The notes under the pieces: generated by a model | Database searches by the model: none | The model's input: the letters and a program-made list of their open reading frames with translations, nothing else | Told to the model about the DNA's origin: nothing | Program-made: the position numbers and the translations under genes | In this document: positions 28,572 to 37,412 of the stretch, one piece after another | Numbering within the stretch: position 1 is the first letter of the stretch | Layout: each line of letters begins with the position of its first letter | Assembly (NCBI GenBank): GCA_035416665.1 | Contig: DAOLNQ010000003.1 | Location: 7,475-71,474, forward strand | Direction of reading: 5' to 3' | DNA from: Candidatus Saccharicenans sp. | GTDB lineage: Bacteria; Acidobacteriota; Aminicenantia; Aminicenantales; Saccharicenantaceae | Length of the DNA: 64,000 bases

Positions 28572-29678
28572 ATGGGAAAAAGAGTAATAGGTGTATGCAT
28601 TTTTATTATATTTATAGCAAGTTCTCTATCTGCCCTGGAAATAACTTATGAAGGGAAAGTTCAGCTTGTTCAGAAAGAAGGCTTTTTTATTGGATTTCCT
28701 CGTGGTTTTGTCGTTACCGAAGACGATTTTATTGTCGTCTGTGATATCCGGGCTTCGGATTTTAAGATCTTTAATCAGGAAGGCAAGGCACTCAGTGTTT
28801 TTGGCCGGAAAGGCTATGGGCCAGATGAATTTGCCGACCCCTGGCTTCACGATTATAAAAATGGGAAATTGCTCATTTCAGATACCAGCACCAAGAAATT
28901 GTATATTTATAGTGTTGATAAAGACTTAAAATTTCAGCAGACTAAGCAGACAATTGTAACTTCAGTTATGGACGCAAAATTGATAGATGAAAAGGATATG
29001 GTTTTAATAGCCAGAATGCCTATTAAAGATAGTCCTTCTCCTACTGCTTACGTCCTCTTTGTTCTGGATATTACGAGAGGCAGCCGTGATCATCTTGTAC
29101 CCTTTGAGCTTCAACTGGGGGAAAATGAAAAGCCGGTGGATTTTGATAAACTTAAAAAAACGAATCCCTCGGATTTTCCCGATTGGATGATCTTACCCCC
29201 GTGGAAGTACTGTGACTACTCTGGAGATAACGTTTATTTCGTCTGGGCGGCTAACCTGGATATCATCAAAATTGACCTGACTACCAAAGCCCACACCAGA
29301 TTTTCGCGCAAGACCGAAAAATATATCCAGCCTAAAGTCTCTCGTGAATTTAAAAAAGCTTATAATGAACATAATTCAAAAGAATATAGGGGTTGGGTTC
29401 AAAAGATGTCCTGGGTATGTAAGGTCTTTGCGGATTCAGACATGGTGGGGATCGTTTATACCAATTTTGACAACAAAACTTCAAGGTGGAACTCTTTTCT
29501 CCAGATATATGATCACAATGGAACCTTTCTCAAAGAAGCCCCTTTAGAAAATTTCAGTAGTACTTCTGAGCGGCCTAATCTCTATTATGATAGGAACAAA
29601 AAAATACTTTACTGCCTCTCTGAAGAGTCGATAGGCACTGAAGGTGTTTATACGGTCTATAAGTACAGGCTGAGATGA
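28572..29678 (+). CDS. secreted NHL-repeat six-bladed beta-propeller protein, paralogue 2
   Basis: 368 aa. The signal peptide is MGKRVIGVCIFIIFIASSLSA. An NHL-like repeat signature is present (GRKGYGPDEFADPW), and the hydrophobic/Gly periodicity fits propeller blades. There is a 213-bp tract identical to paralogue 1. Confidence 0.7.
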   Translation: MGKRVIGVCIFIIFIASSLSALEITYEGKVQLVQKEGFFIGFPRGFVVTEDDFIVVCDIRASDFKIFNQEGKALSVFGRKGYGPDEFADPWLHDYKNGKLLISDTSTKKLYIYSVDKDLKFQQTKQTIVTSVMDAKLIDEKDMVLIARMPIKDSPSPTAYVLFVLDITRGSRDHLVPFELQLGENEKPVDFDKLKKTNPSDFPDWMILPPWKYCDYSGDNVYFVWAANLDIIKIDLTTKAHTRFSRKTEKYIQPKVSREFKKAYNEHNSKEYRGWVQKMSWVCKVFADSDMVGIVYTNFDNKTSRWNSFLQIYDHNGTFLKEAPLENFSSTSERPNLYYDRNKKILYCLSEESIGTEGVYTVYKYRLR

Positions 29679-30172
29679 AGAAAAATCTGATAATACTGTT
29701 CCTCATTTGCTCGCTAATAGTAGCTCTAAGCTTTTGTTATAAATACCATAAGCTTAGCTCATACCCAGAATTCCCATTAGAACCTGAGTCGGCAAAAAAT
29801 AATGAGGTATTACCATTCTATTTATTTTTATATTTTCATTCTCATGATTGCCCTCAGTGTTTAAGGGTCATAAATGTTCTCAACAATTTGCCACCGGAGT
29901 ATATTGTCAGGGGCATAATTCCTGACGAGGAGATAGAGGACAGCGAGAAGATTAAGGAGATAACTGGTGCTAGATTCGAATTTGAACCAGTTAGTAAATA
30001 TAAGAAGTTTAGGCCGCCGATAAGCCCGTGTTTAGTTGGCGTTTCGAAAGAAAAAGTAATATTGTTTGTCTTACCGTCAGTTCCTGACCAGGAAAAATAT
30101 TTACAGGAGTTTTTAGGGTCGTTCTACTATAGCCGTGTATTTTTTGGGTATGAAGAGCATATGTTAAATTAG
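29675..30172 (+). CDS. membrane-anchored thioredoxin-like CxxC protein
   Basis: 165 aa. The ATG overlaps the propeller stop as ATGA, which indicates translational coupling. An N-terminal TM anchor is present. The motif FHSHDCPQCLRV (Cys59-x2-Cys62) sits in a thioredoxin-fold context. Confidence 0.6.
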   Translation: MKKNLIILFLICSLIVALSFCYKYHKLSSYPEFPLEPESAKNNEVLPFYLFLYFHSHDCPQCLRVINVLNNLPPEYIVRGIIPDEEIEDSEKIKEITGARFEFEPVSKYKKFRPPISPCLVGVSKEKVILFVLPSVPDQEKYLQEFLGSFYYSRVFFGYEEHMLN

Positions 30173-30744
30173 ATAGGACAAAGTCTTAGGCTTAGGGCAA
30201 TAAGACCGATATTGGGAGTCAGAGAAAACTTCTGTTAATCTTTTCTTTTGGGGAAAAGAAAAAATTAGAATTAGCCTGGTTATTTTAAGTTATTTTAAGG
30301 CGTTAGCCAGCAACTATATTTTTTAGTTAGTGTTTGCGGCTTGCTTCTCGGCGAAAGTAAGAAATATGAATGGCCAAAATGCGGAGGATAATGAAGATCG
30401 GCCCAGATAATTTGTGAACATTTAATTGATTTAGTGAAATACCAGGCAATCTTACCTGATGGGGAGAACCAGGTCGGATTGATTGGGTGCTCCGCTTGTT
30501 TTTTCTGTAAGAAAATGTATTTTTTTACTATTGGTAATTTTTAAGCAATTATCACTTAAGATTGAATTGAAGCCTATTAGCCACTCTTGATGAACTATCG
30601 TCTCGAGACCAGGATAGAAAAGTCCAGATTATTAATAAAATTCAGTTGAAAAAGTTTTTTTAATCAGCTAATAAATAAATATAAGTTTGATTTTTATGCC
30701 TGGCGAGAATGATCGGGAAAAAATCTGGGATAGGGGAGGCGATT

Positions 30745-31131
30745 ATGGACTTTGAAAGAATTACTGAAATCTTTGTTATTCTCGAAAATAAGCCATCGGT
30801 TCTGGGAGAGATGCTGAGCCAGCTAGCTGAAAATGATATTAATGTCGAAGCTATTGGCGTTTTTCAGGATACGGCTAAAATTTATGTTAAAAACCTCAAT
30901 AAGGCGGTCAAAATCCTGAGCAAGCTGAATTATACGACCGAGCTCCGGGATGTTCTGCTGGTCCATCTTGAAAACAAGCCGGGGGCCTTAGCCGAAGTGG
31001 CGACGAAGATAGGTGATGAAGGGATTAACGTTGAATATTGCTATGGCACCCTGAGTCAGGTAGCCGACAAAATTTCGGTTATCCTGGATGTGTCAAACAT
31101 TGATGGGGCCATCAAGGTGCTGGAAAAATGA
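30745..31131 (+). CDS. ACT-domain protein (tandem ACT domains)
   Basis: Two repeated ACT-like segments are present (ILENKPSVLGEMLSQLAENDINVEAIGV and HLENKPGALAEVATKIGDEGINVEYCYG). The ATG at 30745 follows a GGGGAGG RBS. Confidence 0.65.
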   Translation: MDFERITEIFVILENKPSVLGEMLSQLAENDINVEAIGVFQDTAKIYVKNLNKAVKILSKLNYTTELRDVLLVHLENKPGALAEVATKIGDEGINVEYCYGTLSQVADKISVILDVSNIDGAIKVLEK

Positions 31132-31286
31132 AGGTGTCAGGTAAATCTAGACAAGGCAGCCTGGCTGGTGGGGGCTAATTCTAACGCCTTTGGCCAGGGT
31201 AGAGAGTGGATATTTATTATTATTGGGGGGCACATGTTTACCGGGCGGTATTTTTCAGGTAGAATAAAAATTCAGGAGGAAATGAG

Positions 31287-31976
31287 ATGTTTTATTTTGA
31301 TTACACGATCTGGCTGCTGATACCAGTTTTTATTTTTGCTATTTATGCCCAGAACAAGGTTAAATCGACCTTTTCCCGATTCAGCCAGGTTGTCTCTTCT
31401 TCGAGACTGACCGCGGCCGAGGCGGTTGGTGAAATTTTAAAATACAGCCCGGCTAATGGAGTCAGGATAGAAAAAACCAGGGGCCATTTGACTGACCATT
31501 ATGATCCGAAGGCCAAAGTACTTCGGTTATCTGAAGATGTTTATGATAGTTCGTCGATCGCCGCTCTGGGTGTAGCTGCTCACGAAGCCGGTCATGCTAT
31601 CCAGCATGCTCAGGGCTATGCTTTCCTGGCTTTGAGGAATATTATTTACCCGGTGGCCAGTCTTGGCTCGAATCTGGCTTTTCCACTTTTTTTCATCGGT
31701 CTGCTGTTTAGCGGGCATGGTCCAAGTGTCCTGATGGATATTGGTATTCTGCTTTTCAGTGCAGCGGTTCTTTTTACCGTCGTCACTCTGCCTGTTGAAT
31801 TTAACGCTTCCCACCGGGCGCTGGTTATACTTCAGGAGCGAGGTTTTCTGAATGCCAAGGAGATTGATGGAGCAAGGAGCGTGCTGAAAGCGGCGGCTAT
31901 GACTTATGTAGCTTCAACCGCCATGGCCGCTATCCAGCTGCTGCGGATGATTCTCATCCGGAATTCTCGCGATTAA
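31287..31976 (+). CDS. membrane zinc metallopeptidase (Zn_peptidase_2 / putative neutral zinc metallopeptidase family)
   Basis: 229 aa. An N-terminal TM helix is followed by an HExxH zinc site (AAHEAGHAIQH) and C-terminal TM helices. Confidence 0.7.
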   Translation: MFYFDYTIWLLIPVFIFAIYAQNKVKSTFSRFSQVVSSSRLTAAEAVGEILKYSPANGVRIEKTRGHLTDHYDPKAKVLRLSEDVYDSSSIAALGVAAHEAGHAIQHAQGYAFLALRNIIYPVASLGSNLAFPLFFIGLLFSGHGPSVLMDIGILLFSAAVLFTVVTLPVEFNASHRALVILQERGFLNAKEIDGARSVLKAAAMTYVASTAMAAIQLLRMILIRNSRD

Positions 31977-32450
31977 TGGGGTCGGGCCAGCGGATTCCTT
32001 TTATTATCAATAATATAACAAATATAAGGTCAGTAATCTAAGTCTAATAACCTGAGGACCCTTTATTAACGGCTCATAAATATCATGGCCGTATTTTTCA
32101 ATTCGTTCATTTTTTATTGCTTTACTTCCGTCGATTTGCTTGGGCTTTAACAATTAGTCTTTTTATATTTCTTCTTCTTCTTAGATGCTACAAATGTTTT
32201 TTCGTGTCTCTTGCCTTCACTCTACAATTGAGAGCTGAGGGCTTAGAGCAGGAGCCGGAGCTTGGGCTGTCGGGTCGGGTTAACCTGCAGAAAATAGCGT
32301 TTTACAGATTTTCTGGCTTTTCCTATCAGTGTAAAAACCTAAATAAATTGATCAGAACATTAACCATAAGTCTGGTTCTGATGTTATAGCATTCTAAGAG
32401 AGCTTGATAACAGATTGATAATAAAAGAAATCGGCTGGCCCGACCCCATT
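31975..32450. mobile_element. MITE-like non-autonomous element bounded by 22-bp terminal inverted repeats
   Basis: The left inverted repeat aatggggtcgggccagcggatt (31975-31996) matches the right one aatcggctggcccgaccccatt (32429-32450) at 21 of 22 positions. The two flank about 430 bp of AT-rich sequence with no convincing ORF. The element lies in the gap between two peptidase genes. Confidence 0.4.
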
Positions 32451-32510
32451 TTGATTGACTTGCCACGGCCAGAATAGTAATAAGATATTAATTCGCAGTT
32501 AGGAGGAGTC

Positions 32511-35129
32511 ATGTTAGATAAAAAATTTTGCGGCTTAAAACCAGTCATATTTATAGTTTTATCACTGGTCATTTTTGTTTTCCCATATTTTCTTTCAGCT
32601 CAGACGCCGCCTGATAAATTTCTGGGTTTCAGAGTTGGCGAGGATAGAAAACTCGCTGATTACAATCAGATTAAAGCCTACTTTGAGCTGCTGGACAAAG
32701 AGTCTTCACAGTTCACTGTTCTTAATATTGGCCAGACTACCCTGGGCAAAGACATGATCATGGCTGTTATTTCCAGTGAAGATAATTTAAAAAACGTCGA
32801 TCGCTACCGTGAAATTGCGCGGCGCTTGAAGGAAGCCAGAGGTCTAACACCCGAACAGGCCCGGCAGCTGGCCCGGGAAGGTAAGGCCATTTTGCTTATT
32901 ACCTGCAACATCCATTCGACCGAAATAGCTGCCTCTCAAATGGCGATGGAGCTGGCTTATGACCTTATCACCGGTACGGCCTTTTTCGATATGAAGCAAG
33001 CTCTCAATGACGTTATTGTTCTTCTCTGTCCTTCCATCAACCCTGATGGCCAGCAGATGGTTGTCGATTGGTATCGTAAGTATCTCGGAACTGAGTATGA
33101 AGGCAGCAATATGCCCTGGCTTTACCATCATTATGCCGGCCATGATGACAATCGCGATTTCTTCATGCTGAATCTGGCCGAAACCAGGGCGGTCACCCGT
33201 GTGCTCTACCATGAGTGGTTTCCTCAGATTCATATAGATGAACATCAGATGGGTTCTAATGGGGCCAGAATCTTTGTTCCACCCTTTATGGATCCACCTC
33301 TGCCCAATATCCAGCCCTTGCTCTGGCGGAGCGTCAATCTCTGCGGTGTTAATATGGCCTATGATTTGCAGAAACATGGCTATAAAGGTGTGGTTAATGG
33401 CCGGAGCTACACCGGCTGGTGGATTGGTTCCTGTGATGATACTTCCTGGCTGCATAATGTAGTCGGCCTGCTGAGTGAGGCGGCTTCGGTCAGAGTAGCA
33501 ACGCCAATTTACATTGAACCAACAGAAGTTTCAAAAGACTATTATGAAAAAAGAATGGATTTTCTTGATCCCTGGCCAGGTGGCTGGTGGCGTCTGCGTG
33601 ATATAGTTGACTATGAGCTGCTTCTATCGAAAAGCCTGGTCAAGACAGCCTGGCTGAACAAAGAGGATTTTCTTTATAACTCCTATTTGATGTCAAAGCA
33701 GAGTATCGAGGTTAAAGACCGCAATCAACCCTATGCCTTTGTCATCACTAAAGACCAACCGGACTATCTCACCACCCTCAAGATGATTGAAATTCTGCAG
33801 CTGGGTGGAGTAGAAGTGCATCAGGCCACCAGGGATTTTATTGCCGATGGCAGGTTTTATCCGGCCGGTTCTTTTGTTGTTCTGGTTGCCCAGCCCAATA
33901 AAGCTTATACCTGGGCGCTTCTGGAAAGACAAAAATATCCTGATCTGCGCCAGTATCCGGGAGGTCCACCCGTTCCCCCTTATGACAATGCTGCCTGGAC
34001 GCTGCCTCTTCAGATGGGTGTCCGCTGTGATCAGATTGATAAACCTTTTGAGGCGGCACTGAATAAAGTGGATAGAGTTCAATATCCTGAAGCCAATATA
34101 CCTGATTCAGCTTACCTGGCCCTCGATCCCAGGCTTAATGCTTCTTACGCCGTAGCTTTTGGTCTTCTTAAGAATAAAGCCGAAATGTGGCGGGCAAAAA
34201 ATGGAATTAAAGTGGGACAGGCAGAGTTACCAGCTGGAGCTTTCTTAATCAAAAATTCGCCGGCTGTCACTCAGACTCTCTCCGGGCTACTGGAAAAGTG
34301 GCCAGTTTCAATTGAATCTGTTGCCGATATATCTTCTATTGATAGGGCCTCCATTAAATTTCCCAGACTTGCTATTTACCAGTCGTGGCGCGGTAATGCC
34401 GATGAAGGCTGGACGCGTTATATGCTCGATGATTTAGGCTTCACCTATACTGTCCTCCATAATCAGGATTTTAAGGGGACCAGGGCCAAAAAAGTCGATC
34501 TCAAGGCGAGCTTCGATGTCATTATTCTGGCCAGCGAGAATCCGGAAATTATTAAAACCGGTCGCTTTCAGCGTCCAGGGCAATCGGCCCGGTTTTTTAT
34601 GAGTCAAATGCCGCCCGAATACGAAGGAGGCATCGGGCAGGAGGGAGTTGATGCCCTGAAAGCTTTCGTCGAGGCCGGCGGAATACTGGTCACTCTTAAT
34701 CAGGCCAGCGAACTGGCCATGAGTGAGCTGGGCGCTCCGGCCAGAAATTCGCTGAGTGGTGTTGACCGCAACAAATTTTTCTGCCCAGTCTCTATTCTGA
34801 GGCTCAAAGTCGATAATACCACGCCGCTTGGCTATGGGCTAAGCGAAGAAGCAGCGGCTCTTTTCAATCAGAGTCTGGCTCTTGACACCTGGGCACCGAC
34901 TTCTTCCAGGATGAATAGAAAAGTCGTGGCTTTTTATCCTGAAGATAATATTTTGCTGAGTGGCTGGCTGCTGGGTGAAGACTATCTTAGCCGGAAAGCA
35001 GCTGTGGTGGATGTTAAAAGCGGCAACGGGCATATCGCTCTTATTGGCTTCAGGGCCCAACACCGGGCTCAATCTCACGGCACCTATAAGTTTGTGCTGA
35101 ATGCCATCTTTTACCCGGAAGGGATGTAA
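32511..35129 (+). CDS. M14-family zinc carboxypeptidase, large secreted multidomain protein
   Basis: 872 aa. A signal peptide is present. The M14 zinc ligands and motifs are recognisable (ITCNIHSTEIAASQMAMEL...HHYAGHDDNRDF...HIDEHQMG). A long C-terminal extension follows. Confidence 0.8.
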   Translation: MLDKKFCGLKPVIFIVLSLVIFVFPYFLSAQTPPDKFLGFRVGEDRKLADYNQIKAYFELLDKESSQFTVLNIGQTTLGKDMIMAVISSEDNLKNVDRYREIARRLKEARGLTPEQARQLAREGKAILLITCNIHSTEIAASQMAMELAYDLITGTAFFDMKQALNDVIVLLCPSINPDGQQMVVDWYRKYLGTEYEGSNMPWLYHHYAGHDDNRDFFMLNLAETRAVTRVLYHEWFPQIHIDEHQMGSNGARIFVPPFMDPPLPNIQPLLWRSVNLCGVNMAYDLQKHGYKGVVNGRSYTGWWIGSCDDTSWLHNVVGLLSEAASVRVATPIYIEPTEVSKDYYEKRMDFLDPWPGGWWRLRDIVDYELLLSKSLVKTAWLNKEDFLYNSYLMSKQSIEVKDRNQPYAFVITKDQPDYLTTLKMIEILQLGGVEVHQATRDFIADGRFYPAGSFVVLVAQPNKAYTWALLERQKYPDLRQYPGGPPVPPYDNAAWTLPLQMGVRCDQIDKPFEAALNKVDRVQYPEANIPDSAYLALDPRLNASYAVAFGLLKNKAEMWRAKNGIKVGQAELPAGAFLIKNSPAVTQTLSGLLEKWPVSIESVADISSIDRASIKFPRLAIYQSWRGNADEGWTRYMLDDLGFTYTVLHNQDFKGTRAKKVDLKASFDVIILASENPEIIKTGRFQRPGQSARFFMSQMPPEYEGGIGQEGVDALKAFVEAGGILVTLNQASELAMSELGAPARNSLSGVDRNKFFCPVSILRLKVDNTTPLGYGLSEEAAALFNQSLALDTWAPTSSRMNRKVVAFYPEDNILLSGWLLGEDYLSRKAAVVDVKSGNGHIALIGFRAQHRAQSHGTYKFVLNAIFYPEGM

Positions 35130-35347
35130 CTAAACACAGGCTAAACTTCGCCAGAGGCGAGCGACAATTTTTTGGCAGCTTCATACCTGGGCCACAATTC
35201 ACCGTTGTAGCTATCAAATAGAGCCTTCTCAGGAAAAGTTATTATGATTTTACTTTTCCTGACCTCTACCACTAGTCAGAGCAAAACACTAAATTTTACT
35301 TTAGCCGCTGATAGCCGAAGGGTTGAGTTTTTAATTCAGATGAAAAC

Positions 35348-35599
35348 CTAAGCTTTTGCCTTTTTCCCCATCTTTGGCACCAGGAGAATCAATACATAAA
35401 GGGTAGCAAGGCCAACCAGAATATAAACTATTTTGGTCAGTGTGGACATGGCTCCAAAGATGCCTGCTACTAAATCGAACTCGAATAATCCAACCAGCAG
35501 CCAGTTAAGGCCCCCGACGATGACCAGAATCAGGCAAATCCAATCCAGTGTGTTTAATTTGCCCATATTTGCCCTCCTTTGGGTTTGAGAAAAACCCAA
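35348..35599 (-). CDS. DUF378-family small membrane protein
   Basis: 83 aa. DWICLILVIVGGLNWLLVGLFEFDLVAGIFG is characteristic of DUF378, and there are two TM helices. Confidence 0.65.
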   Translation of the reverse strand: MGFSQTQRRANMGKLNTLDWICLILVIVGGLNWLLVGLFEFDLVAGIFGAMSTLTKIVYILVGLATLYVLILLVPKMGKKAKA

Positions 35600-35703
35600 T
35601 CTTTTATTTGATTATCTTTTATCTCAATGAAAATTAATAGTCAAGGAAAACTTTTCTACTAACTGTTGTCGGGTTTTTTCTTAACTTTATGCTATAATTT
35701 TAA

Positions 35704-35988
<285 letters not shown>

Positions 35989-36234
35989 AACTTAAAGGCA
36001 GGAAATAAAGATGACTAAAGGAAAGATCAGCCCTCCGTTATCATAGTCGGCAGAACTAAAAGCTAAGAATAGCTCTCCCGGATAATTATCTGAGGGCCGG
36101 CAAGATTTAAATTAAGTGCTTTTGATGAGCTTAATTGATATAAAAGACTTCTTTTGATAGCATATAAACATAGATCATGAATTTGACTGGTGGCAGTCTC
36201 ATTTATTCAATAAAACAAAGAAAAGGAGAGGGAA

Positions 36235-37065
36235 ATGAATGTTTTCTTCGATATCCTGATTCTGTTCTTTATGATCTCGGCTTTGCAGCCGCTGATCAAA
36301 CAGGAATTTCTTAAGGCCTCACGCCAGAATGTAATCTCTCGCATCGAAAAGAAAACAAGATCCAGAGTTATCACTCTCATCCATCGTCAGGAAACGATGA
36401 GCATTCTGGGTTTTCCCGTCATGCGCTATATCGATATTAATGACTCGGAAAAGGTTATCCGGGCGATCCAGACAACTGATGCCGATACCCCTATCAGTTT
36501 AATTCTCCACACGCCAGGCGGTATCGCTCTGGCTGCCCTGCAAATTGCCAGAGCAATTAAGAGCCACAAAGGAAAAGTTACTGTTTATGTGCCCCATTAT
36601 GCTATGTCAGGCGGAACGCTGATTGCTCTGGCTGCCGATGAGATAGCCATGGGTGAGCATTCGGTACTGGGACCGGTTGATCCTCAAATAGATAAATATC
36701 CTGCTCCCTCTATTGTCAATGTCCTCAAGCAGAAGCCCATAGCCGAAATTGACGACGAGACTTTAATACTGGCCGACATTTCTCAAAAAGCTATCAGTCA
36801 GCTGGAACACAGCATTATTGATTTGTTACCTGATAGCTATTCTGAAGAAGACAGGAAAAGAATTTCTGATGCTTTAACCAGGGGACACTGGACTCATGAT
36901 TTTCCCATTTCTGTTGATGTCGCCCGCCAGCTGGGTTTGAAGGTGACCACAGATGTCCCGGCTGAGGTCTTTCAGTTAATGGATTTATTCCCGCAGCCGG
37001 TCAGGAGCACACCCTCCGTGGAGTTTGGGCCAGGTCCAAATTATCCGCGGGGCCAAAAAAAATAA
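36235..37065 (+). CDS. ClpP/crotonase-fold serine protease (SDH / NfeD / SppA-like periplasmic protease)
   Basis: 276 aa. An N-terminal TM helix is present. The ClpP-class motif is recognisable (LHTPGGIALAALQIARAIKSHKGKVTVYVPHYAMSGGTLIALAADEIAMG). Confidence 0.65.
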   Translation: MNVFFDILILFFMISALQPLIKQEFLKASRQNVISRIEKKTRSRVITLIHRQETMSILGFPVMRYIDINDSEKVIRAIQTTDADTPISLILHTPGGIALAALQIARAIKSHKGKVTVYVPHYAMSGGTLIALAADEIAMGEHSVLGPVDPQIDKYPAPSIVNVLKQKPIAEIDDETLILADISQKAISQLEHSIIDLLPDSYSEEDRKRISDALTRGHWTHDFPISVDVARQLGLKVTTDVPAEVFQLMDLFPQPVRSTPSVEFGPGPNYPRGQKK

Positions 37066-37344
37066 CAAGACAAGCAGACAGACACAGGCGGATTATAGTC
37101 ACTTAGGCATTTATGAATTACTATTTGCGTAAAAAATAGTCATTGTCTATTTTTTAATCTTTCTTGGTTGACCAGGGGGAGAGCCCGGTTAATTTGTCCA
37201 TATTCCTAACTTCAGACATCACTGACTTAAAATGGATAAAAACCAGCGGTTGTTTTTTTAATCTGTTTCTGATCTATAAAGGTCTTATTAGATTTGAGGT
37301 CCGGACTTTATAACCACGTCGGTAAGCACTTTAACTCTCTTAAC

Positions 37345-37373
37345 TTGACATCGGGTTTTGCTTTACTTAACAT
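37345..37373 (+). promoter_or_regulatory. sigma70-like promoter upstream of cytochrome operon
   Basis: TTGACA (37345-37350), a 17-nt spacer, then TAACAT (37368-37373), about 40 nt upstream of the AAGGAGG RBS and ATG of 37413. Confidence 0.4.
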
Positions 37374-37412
37374 ATAGGATATATAGGGAATTGAGAGAGA
37401 AAGGAGGGCATT

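Noticed and set aside
32117-32389. A 90-aa hydrophobic ORF inside the MITE-like element
   Set aside because: It has a low-complexity Leu/Phe-rich composition and no RBS. It lies within AT-rich DNA bounded by inverted repeats and is treated as non-coding.
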